Position numbers and translations under genes: made by a program. The notes beneath the pieces are model-generated. The model did not search any database and had not been told where the DNA came from. It worked only from the letters and a program-made list of their open reading frames with translations. DNA of 63,274 bases, the filler included, from Octopus bimaculoides (taxonomy: Eukaryota): assembly GCF_001194135.2 (NCBI RefSeq). It is 6 parts of 6 records of this genome, joined end to end, with 100 filler letters (N's around TTAATTAATTAA, not from the genome) between each part and the next. Parts side by side here need not be neighbours in the genome. Positions count along the whole stretch, not along the records: positions 52,122 to 57,593 come from NC_069008.1; positions 57,694 to 59,889 come from NW_026420586.1; positions 59,990 to 63,274 come from NC_068985.1; 3 more parts are not named here. One strand, given 5' to 3'. Shown one piece after another: positions 52,843-63,274 of the stretch (its first letter is position 1; each line of letters starts with the position of its first letter).

Positions 52843-53041
52843 AGTAAAGATTGCCAACATAACATGGCAGTCCTGGTTTAGGACGAATGTTCCTGTAATT
52901 TAGCCCCAGGAGACATAGCCTCCAGCTGGCTATACGACACGATCTGTATCCTTATATTTTCAAACAAGAGAATCTAGCACCCCTACTCAGCTCAAAACAA
53001 TATCTGTGTATTGCGATTTCTGAGTTATTTCCCTTCATCTG
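52843..53041 (-). mobile_element. Second copy of the family 3 hammerhead-led element
   Basis: About 200 bp colinear with 33165-33366, sharing the blocks gagctgagt..gggtgctagattc, gatcgtgtc.tatagccagctggag and aggactgccatgttatgttg, and the same 3' end aatctttact. Confidence 0.75.
53003..53041 (-). ncRNA. 5'-truncated copy of the family 3 hammerhead motif
   Basis: Minus strand: cagauga-a-gggaaataactc-a-GAAA-UCGCAA-UA-cacaga. The 5' strand of stem I is replaced by a SINE D tail fragment. Confidence 0.55.
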
Positions 53042-53334
53042 GATCAACTGGAACCCTTGTTGTCATAACCAAGGGACAGCCAGTTTTTGTGCATCCTTGA
53101 GCAAGGCATTTTATTCTACTTTGCTCGAGTCCACTCAGCTGAGTCGTACCTGTAATTTCAAAGGGGCCAGCCTTGTCACACTCTGTACCATGCTGAATCT
53201 CCCTGAGAACTACGTTAAGGGGTACACCAGGCTTCATTGTCTGTTTTGTCAGGCTTTTTACAGCTGGATGCCCTTCCTAATGTCAACCACCTTAGACTAA
53301 GTGCCTTCTATGTGGTACCAGCACAAGAAAAAAA

Positions 53335-53910
53335 TGTTAACAATTGTCTGAAATTTTGCTACAAGGGCAACAATTTTGGAGGAGGGGATGAGTCGATTAC
53401 ATCGACCAGCATTCAACTGGTACTTATTTTATCGACCTTGAAAAGATGGAAAGGAAAGTCAACCTTGGTGGAATTTAAACTCAGAACGTAGTGATTGGTA
53501 AAATACTGCTAGGCATTTCACTTGGTGAGCTAACAATTCTACCAGCTTGCCGTGTTAATAATAATAATAATCCTTTTTACTATAGGCACAAGGCCTGAAA
53601 TTTTGGGGGTGGGGACTAGTCATTTACCTCAACCCCAGTGTTCAACTGGTACTTATTTTATCAACCCCAAGTGGATGAAAAGCAAAGTTGACCCCAGCAG
53701 CATTTGAATTCGGAATGCTAATAATAATGGTTTGAAATTTTTTCCCACAAGGACAGCAATTTTGGCCGAGGAGATTAGTTGACCCTAGTGTTTCACTGGA
53801 TGAAAGGCAATGTCGACCTGGACAGAATTTGAACTCAGAACACGAAGATGGATGAAGGGCTACTAAGTATTTTGCCTGGCGTGCTAATGATTCTGCCATC
53901 TCACTGCCTC
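53335..53910 (-). mobile_element. Three consecutive SINE family A copies/fragments
   Basis: About 53335-53552, 53572-53715 and 53740-53910, separated by AAT runs. Confidence 0.8.
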
Positions 53911-53946
<36 letters not shown>

Positions 53947-53947
<1 letters not shown>

Positions 53948-54276
53948 TCTGCCAAGAAAAGAGGGAGGCCGTGGACTTCTACAGCTGGCATTAACAATGA
54001 AGGTAGCCACAATTGGCCTAGACACCTATCTGAAAAACTCTGAGGACTGGATGCTAAAACTTGTCTCAAAACATGAAAGCAAGAAACAAAACAGGCAAAG
54101 GAATATAATTTTCTTATGGTTTCTTAAACATTCTCTAGAACAACACTATGTACAAATCCAAATATATGGTACCCTAGGCATAACACCTACATGAACTTCT
54201 AACTTGTTGTCTCTTGAGGTCTCTGGGTGAGACTTGGATCCAACTTGTACAAATGCAAAGCAAAAGTCAAACATAA

Positions 54277-54277
<1 letters not shown>
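53947..54277 (+). mobile_element. Deleted R4/Dong-like element inserted in (TAA)n
   Basis: LPRKEGGRGLLQLALTMKVATIGLDTYLKNSEDWMLKLV followed by a putative 3' UTR; (AAT)n runs on both sides. Confidence 0.7.
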
Positions 54278-54308
<31 letters not shown>

Positions 54309-54554
54309 TAATATTGGGTTGGCATTTTGCCTAGTGTGCTAATGGTTCTGCCAGTTCACCTAAGAATAATAATAATAATAATAATAATAGTCTCTTTATT
54401 GGCCACAAGGGCCGAACACAAAAACAAATAGGGACAATAAAAAACAAGGGACAAGTGGGGTTTAACACAAAATTGAGTGAACAATAAAATAGTAACAATT
54501 AACGAAAAAATTCTAACGACTTAATTCCCAAATAGGTGGTGGGGTAGAGGGGGT

Positions 54555-54769
54555 TTCACCTAGGGCAAGGCCTGAAGGTTTGGGGGTAGGGGGTAGTGGA
54601 TTACATTGACCCCAGTGCTTGAGTGGTACTTTTTTTATTGCTCCCCCCCCCACCGAAAGGATGAAAGGCAGAGTCAACCCTGGCTGCATTTGAACCCAGA
54701 ATGGAAAGATAGATGAAACGCCAGTAAGCATTTCACCCGGCATGCCAATGATTCTGCCAGCTCCCTGCC

Positions 54770-54770
<1 letters not shown>
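54555..54770 (-). mobile_element. SINE family A
   Basis: Reverse-complement copy followed by ~200 bp of (AAT)n. Confidence 0.8.
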
Positions 54771-54771
<1 letters not shown>

Positions 54772-54820
<49 letters not shown>

Positions 54821-54874
54821 GTAATAATAGTAATAGTAATAATAATAATAATAATAATAGTAATAATAATAATG

Positions 54875-54911
<37 letters not shown>

Positions 54912-54941
54912 TAATAATAATAATAATAAAAAAAAATAATA

Positions 54942-54976
<35 letters not shown>

Positions 54977-55229
54977 CATATATTCCAGAAAAATGGCAAT
55001 ACTAAGATTTGTAAATAATATTAGGGGGTTCTAACACCTAATTTATTAACCTTCAACATCTTAATGTATGTTTTTCCAAGATGTAACTAATTATATTTTT
55101 TTTTTTATGTAAGAAATAAAACTTTTAATGTATTTAACAAATCATGAAAAATAACGATGCAACTCCTCCTCCTCCTCTTCTGCTTCTTCTTCTTCTTCTT
55201 CTTCTTCTTCTTCTTCTTCCTGCTTGTGG

Positions 55230-55266
<37 letters not shown>

Positions 55267-55770
55267 GAGTGAGAGAGCAGCGCATGCCATCAAAGTGACA
55301 ATTATTATTGTTACTATTTTCATTATTGTTGCTAGTGTTTGTGACTTTATTATTATTATTATTATTATTATTAATATTATTATTAATATTATTATTAATA
55401 TTATTATCATTATTAATATTGTTGTTGTTGTTGTTGTTTTTGGTTGTGATGGTGACATTATTATTATTATTACTATTATTATTATTATGATTATTGTCAA
55501 TGTTGTTGTTGTTTGTGGTTGTGGTGGTGACATTATTATTATTATTATTATTATTGTTGTTGTTGTTGTTGTTGCTGTTGTTGTTTCTGTTGTTGTTTGT
55601 GGTTGTGATGGTGACATTATTATTATTATCATTATTATTATTATTATTATTATTATTGTTGTTGTTGTTGTTGTTGTTGTTGTCATTGTTTTTGTTGTTG
55701 TTTGCGGTTGTGATGGTGACATTATTATTATTATTATGATTATTGTTGTTGTTGTTGTTGTTATTAATAT
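54772..55770. repeat. Trinucleotide microsatellite field (AAT, CTT, ATT, GTT) with a higher-order repeat
   Basis: (AAT)n at 54772-54978; in 55420-55760 the module (GTT)n-tgtggttgtgatggtgac-(ATT)n repeats four times. Confidence 0.9.
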
Positions 55771-56014
55771 GTTCCTGAAAACATATCAAAACTCAAATCA
55801 GGGCCTGTAAATGTTGTTATGACATTCACACACAACATTTATTGACCTTGAATGTTTTTTGTGAATGTTTTTCCAAGACATATCCAATTATTTTTCTTAA
55901 AGCAAAATAAGAAAATAAAAAAAATAAAAAAAATAAAATAAAAATAAAAAAAATAAATGAAACCTGATATATTCCTCAAAACAACCAATGGTAACAACAA
56001 CAATAACAAGTGAT

Positions 56015-56555
56015 TTTAAGGGGAGGGGCTTCATTGATGTTGTCGTCCCTAGGTCTTGACTGGTGTTCTAATTTATCAACCACAGAAGACTAAAAGTGAA
56101 ATTGACCTTGGCGGGGCTTGAACTCAAAATGTCATGAGCTGAAACAAATAACCACAAGGCATTTTAACGAACACTCTAATAATCGTGCTAATCCATGGGC
56201 TTTGAAGAGAATAATAGTGAATGCTAAACATTCGTTTCAAATTTTGGCACAAGGCCAGCAATTTTAGGGGTAGGCATAAATTGACTACATTGACCCCCAT
56301 CTCCACCCCAGCGTTCCACTGGCACCTGTTCAATCGAGCCCCAAAAGAATGAAAGGCATAAGGCTTGAAATTTTGGGGGAGAAGACTAGTTGATTAGATC
56401 GACCCCAGTGCATAACTGGTACTTAATTTATCGACCCTGAAAGGATGAAAGACAAAGTCAACCTCGGCAGAATTTGAACCCAAAACGTAAAGACACACAA
56501 AGTACTGCTAAACATTTCGTCTGGAGTGCTAACGTTTCTGGCATCTTGCCGTCTT
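56015..56555 (-). mobile_element. Cluster of three SINE family A copies/fragments
   Basis: Family A blocks at about 56015-56190, 56235-56345 and 56360-56555. Confidence 0.75.
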
Positions 56556-56574
56556 GTTTTTAGATTACCCCGTC

Positions 56575-57137
56575 AACTGTAATGGCTTATTTATTCACAC
56601 TGTCTTTTTAAATTAACCATGCGCTATCTTATAGCTTTCAGATTTCAATGGTGTAATCGTTCATTTTTAGAATGACACTGTAGGGTAGGTGTGACAGGCC
56701 GGATCTGTCCAGTTTGGTCATAAAACAAATTTATTTGCGTCAGACAGCCAATGTAACCCTTTAGCATTCAGATTATTTTGTCAAATAAAATGCTTACTTA
56801 TTAACATTGTTTTTTAATTAATCATGCATTATCTCGTAGTTTTGAGATTTCAATGATGTGATTGTATATTTTAGAATGACATTGTAGGGTAGGTGTGAGA
56901 GGTCAGATATGGCTGATGTAATCTTTTAGCATTCTGATTACTCTGTCAAATGTAGTGCCCTATTTTTTTAATTCATCATGCAATATTTCATAGCTTAAAT
57001 ATTTTAACGAGGTGATTGTTTATTTTTAGAATGACATTGTAGGTTAGGTGTGAGGTGCCAGATGTGGCCAGTTTGATTATAAAACAGGTAAAATATTTGG
57101 GTTGGATATGGCCAGTTTAAATGTTAAAGGATTAAAT
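56575..57137 (+). mobile_element. Three tandem partial copies of a piggyBac-like MITE (~165-bp unit)
   Basis: Repeated tttttagaatgaca.tgtagg.taggtgtga at about 56665, 56870 and 57025. Termini taaccctttagcatt / aatgttaaaggattaa resemble TTAA-CCC ends. Confidence 0.55.
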
Positions 57138-57206
57138 AAATGCAATAAAGTATCAATGAATAATGTATCAATCAATAAAATCAATAAAACCAATAAATCA
57201 ATAAAT

Positions 57207-57585
57207 ACAGGAAGCAGGAGTGGCTGTGTGGTAAGAAGCTTGCTTACCAACCACATGGTTCCAGGTTCAGTCCCATTGTGTGGCACCCTGGGCAAGTGTC
57301 TTCTACTATAGCCTTGGGCTGATCAAAGCCTTGTGAGTGCATTTGGTAGACGGAAACTGAAAGAAGCCCATCATATATATGTATTCTATATATATATATA
57401 TATATATAATACATATGTATATATAGGCACAGGAGTGGCTGTGTGGTAAGTAGTTTGCTCACCAACCACACGGTTCTGGGTTCAGTCCCACTGTGTGGCA
57501 GCTTGGGCAAGTGTTTCTACCATAGCCTCAGGCCGACCAAAGCCTTGAGAGTGGATTTGGTAGATGGAAACTGAAAGAAGCTGTC
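57207..57585 (+). mobile_element. Two tandem SINE family B heads
   Basis: 57207-57373 and 57425-57585, each followed by (TA)n. Confidence 0.85.
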
Positions 57586-57593
57586 ATATATAT

Positions 57594-57693
57594 NNNNNNN
57601 NNNNNNNNNNNNNNNNNNNNNNNNNNNNNNNNNNNNNTTAATTAATTAANNNNNNNNNNNNNNNNNNNNNNNNNNNNNNNNNNNNNNNNNNNN
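57594..57693. other. Artificial contig-join spacer
   Basis: 44N-TTAATTAATTAA-44N. Confidence 0.95.
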
Positions 57694-58316
57694 GGTTTCA
57701 GGCTAATATTATTTACTCAGTTTTATGATTACTGTAGAGCTATACATCTTGCTAGTATATGTTGGTCATCCTGGGATTTGATTCATCACAGACTTTGTAA
57801 CACGATCAGCCTTCTGTCATTTCTACCACATCATTCCACTAGCTAAACATCTAAATTGTTCCTCCCAGAGGCTGACTTTTATGTATAAAGACAAGGTCAA
57901 GTGATAGAATTATTCAAATTTGTGCATGTATAGGAAAATAGATGCAAATTTATTGCTGCCGCTGTCGCTACTTGAACTAACAACCTGGTTCTTTAATATT
58001 GCATCACCTATACCATTCCAACGTATCTTGTATTAAATAATCAAAATCAACACATAATAAATAAAAGCAGATGCAGGAATATTGTTTTTATCTGAACTCT
58101 AGTTAGAAAATATTTGACATTAGTTTTGAAGATAGGGGATGAGGAGTAAATAATAGATTTTTCCCTAAATTGCATTGCACCATTTATCCTTCTTTCATTA
58201 AATTATGAGTTCAAATCACGACCAGATCGAATGTTTCTTATATTCCTCTGAGATTGATAAAATTCCTCTTACAATGAAAATACATGACTGACAATATTTT
58301 ACATTTATTTTTTCAG

Positions 58317-58486
58317 TTCACCAAGAACGGTGGAACATATAAAAATGGCATCAAGCCAATATACGATATCACCAAAGTGTTCACCGTTTACTGGTATCTG
58401 GCAAGATCCAGATATGTCACAATGTTACAATACAGAGTGGATCACTCGACGACTAAAGGACATCGCAAGAAAAAACATTGATAAAG
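58317..58486 (+). CDS. Internal exon of an adhesion GPCR (hormone-receptor/HormR-like Cys motif)
   Basis: Acceptor ttatttttttcag| and donor AAAG|gtaagc. Reads SPRTVEHIKMASSQYTISPKCSPFTGIWQDPDMSQCYNTEWITRRLKDIARKNIDK(G), with the C-x-G-x-W-x-x-PD-x-S-x-C motif typical of HormR domains. Its phase-1 end splices in frame to the 59643 exon. Confidence 0.75.
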
Positions 58487-59075
58487 GTAAGCGAGAAAGT
58501 GTTTTTGACGGACTTTTACACTAGTGGAATTAGCAAAGTAGCAGAAGAAGTATATGTTTGTGAGTTCTTTCTGTCTATTTCACTATCCCCTCTCTGTGTG
58601 TGTGGTGGGGGAGCGTGTGTGTATTTGTAATTAAAATGAATAACCAATATGTAATGTGCCGTATCCTCCCTTTTGACGTCTACAGCAATGTATCCATCTC
58701 GTCCAACAGAAAATCATTTGACTCACTTATGGAAACGTTATGACAGAATGTGTAACTTAGGAGAGTTGATTTTTTTCCTTATAGCCTTAAAACTACATCT
58801 TCCTTAACTTTCTGTAGAGAGGCTGAGTAGATAAAGGAGCAGAAAAAACAACATGTCTCTTTCTATACATTACGTTAGATTGGTGGGTATAGAATATTTT
58901 AAGCTTCAACCAAGCAGTTTACATAGCTGTTTGTCACAGAATATGAACAGTTTATCTCACTCAAATGTTATTATGGCACTGTAAAATGGAAGAGAGTTTT
59001 CATGTGTACGGAGTATATGATTATTTCATTTTTTAATTAGGCCTTTATGAAAACTTAGCAATATTAATTCTTAAA

Positions 59076-59275
59076 TTAGGCAGTGAGCTGGCAGAATCTT
59101 TAGCACGCCAGACAAATTGCTTGGCGGTATTTCAGCTGTCTTTATATTCCGAGTTCAAATTCTGCCAAGGTTCACTTTGCCTTTCATCATTTTTGTGTCG
59201 ATAAGATAAACGCTAACTGAGCACTGGGGTCAATGAAATCACATTAGCCCCTTCACCGAAACTGCTGGTTATTTG
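59076..59275 (+). mobile_element. SINE family A in the adhesion GPCR intron
   Basis: Head ggcagtgagctggcagaatc and the family A central block. Confidence 0.8.
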
Positions 59276-59642
59276 GTAGGTAATAATGACTATTTATGAT
59301 GGCTGGTGTGTCAGCTCATTGGTTGTCAATGGCATTATGTACAGCCCCAACAACCACTACCATCACCAAATGTCTGTGTTACTCAACTATAAAGGTCCCC
59401 ATAGTACTGTACAGCTCGCCCACTGTTGCAGTTAATGTTACAGACCAGGAGATACTAAGGATGTATAACAATGAGTATACAACTAATAAACCGAACTTTA
59501 GCAATCTGTGCTATTTAGAGTCGGAGTTGTTAATTAACTTCCGGTGATTCATTAATTGTTATGTGACACTTAATTTGTATCTTATATTTCTACTAAAGCG
59601 ACTGTAATTCCCTTAAATTTCATATTATATTTTCCATTGCAG

Positions 59643-59874
59643 GAAATATCGACAATATTTCGAAAGAGATCTTAGATATATCGCAAAAGTCAGTGTATTT
59701 CAAAGAAGAACATATTGTCTTGACTGTAGAAATTCTTGAGAAAATGGTGCCGTTGATATCGAAAGTGTCCGCCAATATAACACTAGGCAATGTACTTCGT
59801 TGTATCAGCAATTTGATAAACATTCCAGAGGAGGATTTGGCTGGGGCAGAAGAAGAGAAGAGAAGTGCCAACAG
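59643..59874 (+). CDS. Internal exon of an adhesion GPCR (helical GAIN subdomain A region)
   Basis: Acceptor ttttccattgcag| and donor AACAG|gtaata. Reads (G)NIDNISKEILDISQKSVYFKEEHIVLTVEILEKMVPLISKVSANITLGNVLRCISNLINIPEEDLAGAEEEKRSAN(R), resembling GAIN-A helices of ADGRG/ADGRA-like receptors. Frame-compatible with the upstream exon. Confidence 0.75.
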
Positions 59875-59889
59875 GTAATATACACATCG

Positions 59890-59989
59890 NNNNNNNNNNN
59901 NNNNNNNNNNNNNNNNNNNNNNNNNNNNNNNNNTTAATTAATTAANNNNNNNNNNNNNNNNNNNNNNNNNNNNNNNNNNNNNNNNNNNN
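59890..59989. other. Artificial contig-join spacer
   Basis: 44N-TTAATTAATTAA-44N. Confidence 0.95.
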
Positions 59990-60180
59990 TGTGCTTTTAA
60001 TTATTAATTTTTCTATATATGATAGTGGATTTTCATCAATGAGTTCTTGAAAATTGGTTATTTTCCCTAAAACTATATATTTTATATATACTTTATCTAT
60101 AAGGCTCAATTTAATTTTAATTTTTTATAAATTGATTTTAATTGAGTTTTTTACCTGTAATTTTGGATTTTGTCCCTAAT

Positions 60181-60212
<32 letters not shown>

Positions 60213-60216
60213 TATA

Positions 60217-60625
60217 TAGGCGCAGGAGTAGATTTGTGGTAAGTAGCTTGCTCCCAGTCTCACATAGTTCCGGGCTCAGTCCCACTGTTTGGTACATTGG
60301 GCAAGTGTTTCTACGATAGACTCTGGCCGACCAACGTCTTGTGGGTGGATTTGGTAGACGGAAACTGAAAGAAGTCCGTCGTATATATGTATATATGTAT
60401 ATTTGTGTATGTGTGTGTATGTATGTTTCTGTGTCTATTTTCGTCCCGCCACCATCACTTGGCAACCAATGTTGCTGTGTTTACGTACCTGTAACTTAAC
60501 AGTTCGGCAAAAGTGACCAATAAAATAAGTACTAGGCTTACAAAGAGTAAGTTCTGGGTTCGATTTTTTTGACTAAAGGCCGTGCTCCAGCTCAGCTGCA
60601 GTCAACAAATAAAAGAGTAAAAGAA
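60217..60625 (+). mobile_element. Composite SINE B+C
   Basis: ggcgcaggagtagatttgtggtaag..ccgtcgtatata, then module C. Confidence 0.85.
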
Positions 60626-60659
60626 AAAGAGTACATGAGTACACGCGTGTGCGTGAAAA

Positions 60660-60865
60660 AGATTTGGCACAAAACCAGCACTTTCGAGGGAGATGTTAAT
60701 TCATTTACATCGACTCCACTGCTCAACTGGCACCTATTTTATCGATCTTGAAATGATAAAAAGCAAATTGAACCTCAGCGGAATTTGAACAAAGAACGTA
60801 AAGACGGACGAACTGCTACAAGCCTTTTGTCCGGCGTCCTAACAATTCTTTCATTTCCCCGCCAA
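60660..60865 (-). mobile_element. SINE family A
   Basis: Diverged reverse-complement copy. Confidence 0.75.
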
Positions 60866-61531
60866 GTATGTGAATAGATTAACATACGTATCGATAGATC
60901 TATGCAACTGTGCAAATGTATAGAGCGATAAATACAATAACGCAAGTAGATATAATTAAGAACTCATCAAGACCAGACACAGACAAACACACTCGTAAAT
61001 ACACTCATACACATAAGCATATACATGTATATATAAAAACAATTCCTTTATGTTATTTACGATCACCATGAATCTCCCGGCTCCCGTATCGATACGTGTT
61101 TCCCTCTGGTCAAATCAAGTAAGCATTGCATTTCAAATACGTTCAGATATTAGGCATTAAGTCAATCATGTCATTTTTTTCTCCATTAAGAAATTTTCAA
61201 TTAGCTTACATATTTACCCACGCAAAGTATCGAAACAAACCATTAAACCATAATTCTATATTTGGTTTAGTCTTTTTTTTTCTCTCTGAATCATTTCCTC
61301 CTACTCAATATATATTTATAACTACTACATCCAGATTAAATCTACTCATTGATTTAGTTTCTCTTTCTAGACACTATTCTACTTCACTCTGTTAAAATTT
61401 CGTCACATCAAACTCGATACATTTATATATGCATTAGTTTTCTGTTCTACAGCTTAAAGAGCTAACTCACTGAAACTTTCAAAGCTATATCTACGTTTAT
61501 TTTACTTATACATGTATATGTGTATTTTATG

Positions 61532-61589
<58 letters not shown>

Positions 61590-61924
61590 NNNNNNNNNNN
61601 NNNNNNNNNNNNNNNNNNNNNNNNNNNNNNNNNNNNNNNNNNNNNNNNNNNNNNNNNNNNNNNNNNNNNNNNNNNNNNNNNNNNNNNNNNNNNNNNNNNN
61701 NNNNNNNNNNNNNNNNNNNNNNNNNNNNNNNNNTATATATACATGCTTGCGTGCGCATATATGTATATATGCATATATATATATATATGTGTGTGTGTAT
61801 ATATGTGTATGCATGTGTATTCGTATAAATATATATATACACACACACACAGCCACACACATATATATCTATATATAAATACATAGATATATGTATGTAC
61901 ATTATATACATATATATACATACA

Positions 61925-61962
<38 letters not shown>

Positions 61963-63274
61963 TGTGTGTGCGTGTGAGTGTGTGGATAAAAATGAATAAC
62001 TATTATCTACATTTGACTGATAAAGCAGAGGGAAATATTGATCGATGATAGAAAAAGAAGAGATTATACTGCTGATATTGTCGATAAGATTACATTTCAT
62101 AGTTCCCAGGAGAAAAATTGCATTTCGTTCTGTGCCAATTTGCAGATATTTTGCTTTTTAGTCTTTGCAGTATAGAATAAGGTGGTAGAATTTGTCAGAA
62201 GGATAACAAACATATTTGACTAAGGCTATAGGTACATAGAAACAGTATATATAATTTTAGCGATAAATCAATAAATATTGATTTATGTCTAAATACAAAA
62301 TAATACTAGCATTACCAACTATACAGAATTTACATCAAAATGCTTTTCTGCACTTGGAAGTTATTCTAAACCTATGAAAGAATAAAGTAAATATAAAATG
62401 GATATATGCTGTGCGTTGATGATAAAGGAATCTTTAACGACTTTGTTTAATTTTATCATAAATATTCATTTGTATGGCTGTGATAACTTTGAATAAATTT
62501 CTAATACAACTAATTGGATAGCTCACCATACAGGGAACTGTTTGGTATTCACGTTGTATCCAAATCTGGAGGGTTATACATTTAAACTACCGGCGAATGA
62601 AATACCGCTGGTTCGATACCGAAAGAATCATCGTGCTTGCTCCCACTTAAATAATAAAAAAAAAAGGAACTCAGACGGTTACGGCAGCGGGGTCCAGTTG
62701 ATCGACAGATCAGCTGGCTCGTGAAATTAACGTGCAAATGGTGGAGCTCTCTACAGACACGCGTACTTTTAATAGATACTCAGTTTCACGAAAAAAAAAA
62801 TCTGAGAAGGTTGGCCCTTTGAATTACAGGCTGAGCAGATAGGATCAATGTAAAATAAAGTGGCTTCCCCAAGGACGAAGCGGGCCAACAAGAATCGAAC
62901 TCATTATTGTAAGAATGTGAGTTAATAACCTAAATACGATGCACGAAGCTTCACTCTTAATACTACGCGGATATCATAAATTTATGCCAGGAGGAAATCT
63001 GCATGATACAGTATAACTTATGTACAAAACAGTAGCCATTGATTGGCATACTTATATTTGGTGGCAGTAGACTGTAAGAAGGGAAATATACAGGAATTCT
63101 TCAAGAGTTTTTAACGAAAGGACCACAGAAAAAAAAAACAACAAAAAGAAAAAATAAGCGCCTCAAAGTTAGTAGTCGGCAAATACCATAAAGCAACATA
63201 TGAAAATCCTATAAACATACAAGGACCAAAGATGAAGTATGAATTATGTTTCCTTGGGCGTGCAATATATTTAC

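Noticed and set aside
55105-55810. 200-aa poly-I/V/N/T ORFs on both strands
   Set aside because: These are trinucleotide microsatellites lacking stops by composition.
62500-62724. Possible next GPCR exon downstream of 59874
   Set aside because: The frame required by the phase-2 junction hits a stop at each acceptor tested (also about 62170), and the region lies beyond an artificial join.

Overview
AT-rich, repeat-saturated eukaryotic DNA, about 10% N. The SINE families and extreme microsatellite density suggest an Octopus genome (inferred). The only convincing host gene is two in-frame + strand exons (58317-58486, 59643-59874) encoding the HormR/GAIN-region ectodomain of an adhesion GPCR. 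The rest is tRNA-derived SINEs, decayed LINEs (RTE, R4/Dong, CR1/L2-like), a Tc1 relic, mariner/hAT/piggyBac-like MITEs, non-autonomous Helitrons and mini/microsatellites. Five 100-bp spacers (44N-TTAATTAATTAA-44N) mark artificial contig joins. The most notable signal is three sequence-unrelated families of minimal type I hammerhead ribozyme motifs with palindromic stem III. They sit in short mobile units; one has a 10-bp target-site duplication and one lies in a fold-back that could block the ribozyme. This points to a Penelope-like/retrozyme system. Most ORFs in the supplied track are microsatellite or N artefacts.
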